DNA from: Microcoleus sp.
GTDB lineage: Bacteria > Cyanobacteriota > Cyanobacteriia > Cyanobacteriales > Microcoleaceae
NCBI GenBank assembly: GCA_052279835.1
Contig: CP181291.1
Coordinates: 5,504,001-5,568,000, forward strand
DNA length: 64,000 nt
Direction: 5' to 3'
Shown here: positions 62,138-64,000 of the stretch, piece by piece
How the letters are laid out: every line of letters starts with the position of its first letter
Numbering within the stretch: the first letter of the stretch is position 1
Notes under the pieces: model-generated
Told to the model about the DNA's origin: nothing
The model's input: only the letters and a program-made list of their open reading frames with translations
Databases searched by the model: none
Translations under genes and position numbers: made by a program

Positions 62138-62254
62138 CGGCGGTTAGAAACCGCGGCTACACAAACTTTCGTCCGCCTCCGCGGACTGGGATACCTGATT
62201 ATTTCAACCTGCTTTCGGCAGGTTTCGTCTGTGTAGACGCGGTTTCAACCGCCG
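62138..62254. repeat. dispersed inverted-repeat element in the coaR leader
   Basis: CGGCGGTTAGAAACCGCGGCTACACA ... TGTGTAGACGCGGTTTCAACCGCCG. Confidence 0.75.
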
Positions 62255-62286
62255 AGTCTCAACCACCCAGCCTCTTCTTTGAACTA

Positions 62287-63387
62287 ATGCCAAAATACCT
62301 AACAATCAAACAACTTACAGAAGCAGTTCAAGGTGCTGTCACCCCCCGGATGGTAAGACATTATCACTCCTTGGGGCTGCTTTCGACCGCAGTGCGATCG
62401 ACCTCTAATTACCGACTCTACACCCGCAGCGATGTGCAGAAACTGCAAAAAATTGTCGCACTCAAACAGCAAGGTTTTCAGCTTTCCCACATCCGCAAAT
62501 TGTTAGAAACTGATGGGGATGCTTCTCCTGATGCGCTGATGGCGACTCTACAGCAACAGTATCTTTCTGTTACTGGGCAGATAGTTCGCCTCCGACAAAC
62601 GGCTTTAGCGCTGGAAGGTTTGCTGGGGCGGGATCTCTCCTGTCAAGCGGTGCAAGGGGAAGCATTGGCGCAAATGAGGCTGTTACAGGTGGAAACTGAG
62701 GGGGGACTGGGTGAGTTGGAACAACTTTGGGAGAGTTGGGATGCGGTGGCGCACTCTCACCCGGAGAATTTTGAGGAATCTTTGCAGCATTTGTTGCCGG
62801 ATTTGAGCGATCGCTCAGAAATTGAGGTAGACTTGCTTTCAAAACTGGTATTAGCTAGTGGTGATTGTTCCCTATTGCCGTTTGTGAAGTTGAGCGAAAC
62901 TGCGATTCAATCGGCGCGGGAAGCTTTGAAAAATCGCTGTCAAATTGTGGCTGATGTGTCGCCAGTTTGTGCTGCTTTGGATGGTACTAGGTTAGCACAT
63001 TTGGGAACAAGTATTGTGACTTTAATTGACGATCCACATATTAATGCTGCTGGGGAAGCGGAACAAGAATTTTGGCGAAAAAAAGGATGGTTTGAACAGT
63101 TGTTGCAACTAGAAAAAGGATGTATATTGGTGATAGGATATGCGCCTTCTGTGTTAATGTCTGTCTGTGAGGCGATCGAGCTAGGGGAACTGCAACCGGC
63201 TTTGGTGATTGGTATGCCGATCGGTTTTAGTCATTCTCCGATTGCGAAACGGCGTTTAGTGCGATCGGGTGTTCCTTATATTACGACTGTGGGGACTTTT
63301 GGCGGTGGATTGTTGGCGGCGGTGGCTTTAAATGCTTTAGTTGAATCTTTGATTGAAAAGCCGAATTGTCATTGTCATCTCAAGTAA
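62287..63387 (+). CDS. coaR: cobalt-sensing MerR regulator with precorrin-isomerase-like domain
   Basis: MerR HTH ([13 protein letters not shown]...YRLY), CobH-like [16 protein letters not shown]-terminal CHC motif. Confidence 0.9.
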   Translation: MPKYLTIKQLTEAVQGAVTPRMVRHYHSLGLLSTAVRSTSNYRLYTRSDVQKLQKIVALKQQGFQLSHIRKLLETDGDASPDALMATLQQQYLSVTGQIVRLRQTALALEGLLGRDLSCQAVQGEALAQMRLLQVETEGGLGELEQLWESWDAVAHSHPENFEESLQHLLPDLSDRSEIEVDLLSKLVLASGDCSLLPFVKLSETAIQSAREALKNRCQIVADVSPVCAALDGTRLAHLGTSIVTLIDDPHINAAGEAEQEFWRKKGWFEQLLQLEKGCILVIGYAPSVLMSVCEAIELGELQPALVIGMPIGFSHSPIAKRRLVRSGVPYITTVGTFGGGLLAAVALNALVESLIEKPNCHCHLK

Positions 63388-63396
63388 AAATTACTT

Positions 63397-63518
63397 GGGT
63401 GGATCTCTATTTTGCAAGTATATTGGTATGGGCTATAGCATGACCCCAGACAATTTATTAGCTTGCGCCAGAGATTTACAGCGGTCATGCTTCGCCTATG
63501 CAAAATCGGGATGCTGCC
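63397..63518 (+). mobile_element. MITE-like element, copy 4 (122 bp)
   Basis: 8-bp duplication AATTACTT at 63389-63396 and 63519-63526; outer arms match copy 1. Confidence 0.85.
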
Positions 63519-63557
63519 AATTACTTTCTACAAATCCCAAAATACACTCGAACCCGA

Positions 63558-64000
63558 TTACCATTTCCCCAAAGCCCCCCACACCATACCCGAAACCACC
63601 CCCCAAATCGCCCCCAAACCCGAACCAACGATCGCCCCCGCCACAGGGGCAAAATCTCCCACCACCCCAGCGTTGATAGCAGGAAACACTAACGACAAGC
63701 CCCCACCCAACACCATACCGACGATCGCCCCCAAGAAACTGCCCCAAATCCCTCCCAAAAACCCCCCTCTCACCCCCGAAGGCTGAAACGACACCGGCAA
63801 CTTCGGCGCAAACCCACAAAAACCCAACAAACTCCCAGAAACCGTACCACCAAGGGAACCCACCCCCGCCGCCACCATCGCCACCACCAACAACAAATTC
63901 GCAAACTCATTCCCCGGAGTCATCGTCCCACTATATTGCTGCCAAACCACCAACCCCGAACCCAAACAAACACCAGCCAAAGTCCCCAAAAACGCCCCCC
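63558..64000 (-). CDS. Gly-rich membrane protein, 3' part (probably starts beyond the window)
   Basis: Open frame with glycine-zipper-like TM helices running to the window edge. Confidence 0.6.
   Translation of the reverse strand, partial: GAFLGTLAGVCLGSGLVVWQQYSGTMTPGNEFANLLLVVAMVAAGVGSLGGTVSGSLLGFCGFAPKLPVSFQPSGVRGGFLGGIWGSFLGAIVGMVLGGGLSLVFPAINAGVVGDFAPVAGAIVGSGLGAIWGVVSGMVWGALGKW

Noticed and set aside
62287..63387. cobH/cbiC enzyme
   Set aside because: The MerR HTH, CHC tail and divergent ATPase identify it as the regulator CoaR

Overview
Cyanobacterial chromosomal window. HIP1 GCGATCGC is abundant, and psaK, Yfr1, PSRP-3 and STRR-type heptamer arrays are present; the repeat repertoire suggests an Oscillatoriales/Microcoleus-like genome (inference). 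Most of it is housekeeping: guaB-yfr1-trxA, hisC, pheS, surE, carB, trpF, obgE, an EF-G paralog, tRNA-Val(CAC) and the coaT/coaR cobalt locus. Two accessory clusters stand out. (1) Just downstream of tRNA-Val are three co-oriented genes: an RlaP-like nucleotidyltransferase, a 1423-aa SF1 (Upf1/DNA2-like) helicase with an unusual beta-helix/Ig-like N-terminus, and a single-HKD PLD nuclease-like protein. This is a candidate kinase-less Mokosh-like defence module. (2) A vWA(TerY-like)-PP2C pair with no kinase is followed by a putative PD-(D/E)xK-like protein and a protein with two degenerate RNase III domains. Also seen: a four-copy MITE-like family with 8-bp target duplications and a variable, invertible hairpin cargo; an intergenic repeat family inserted in frame in a TrmJ-like gene; and a +1 frameshift in cobK. 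No CRISPR array, integrase or transposase was found. All product calls come from motif recognition by eye, not database searches.
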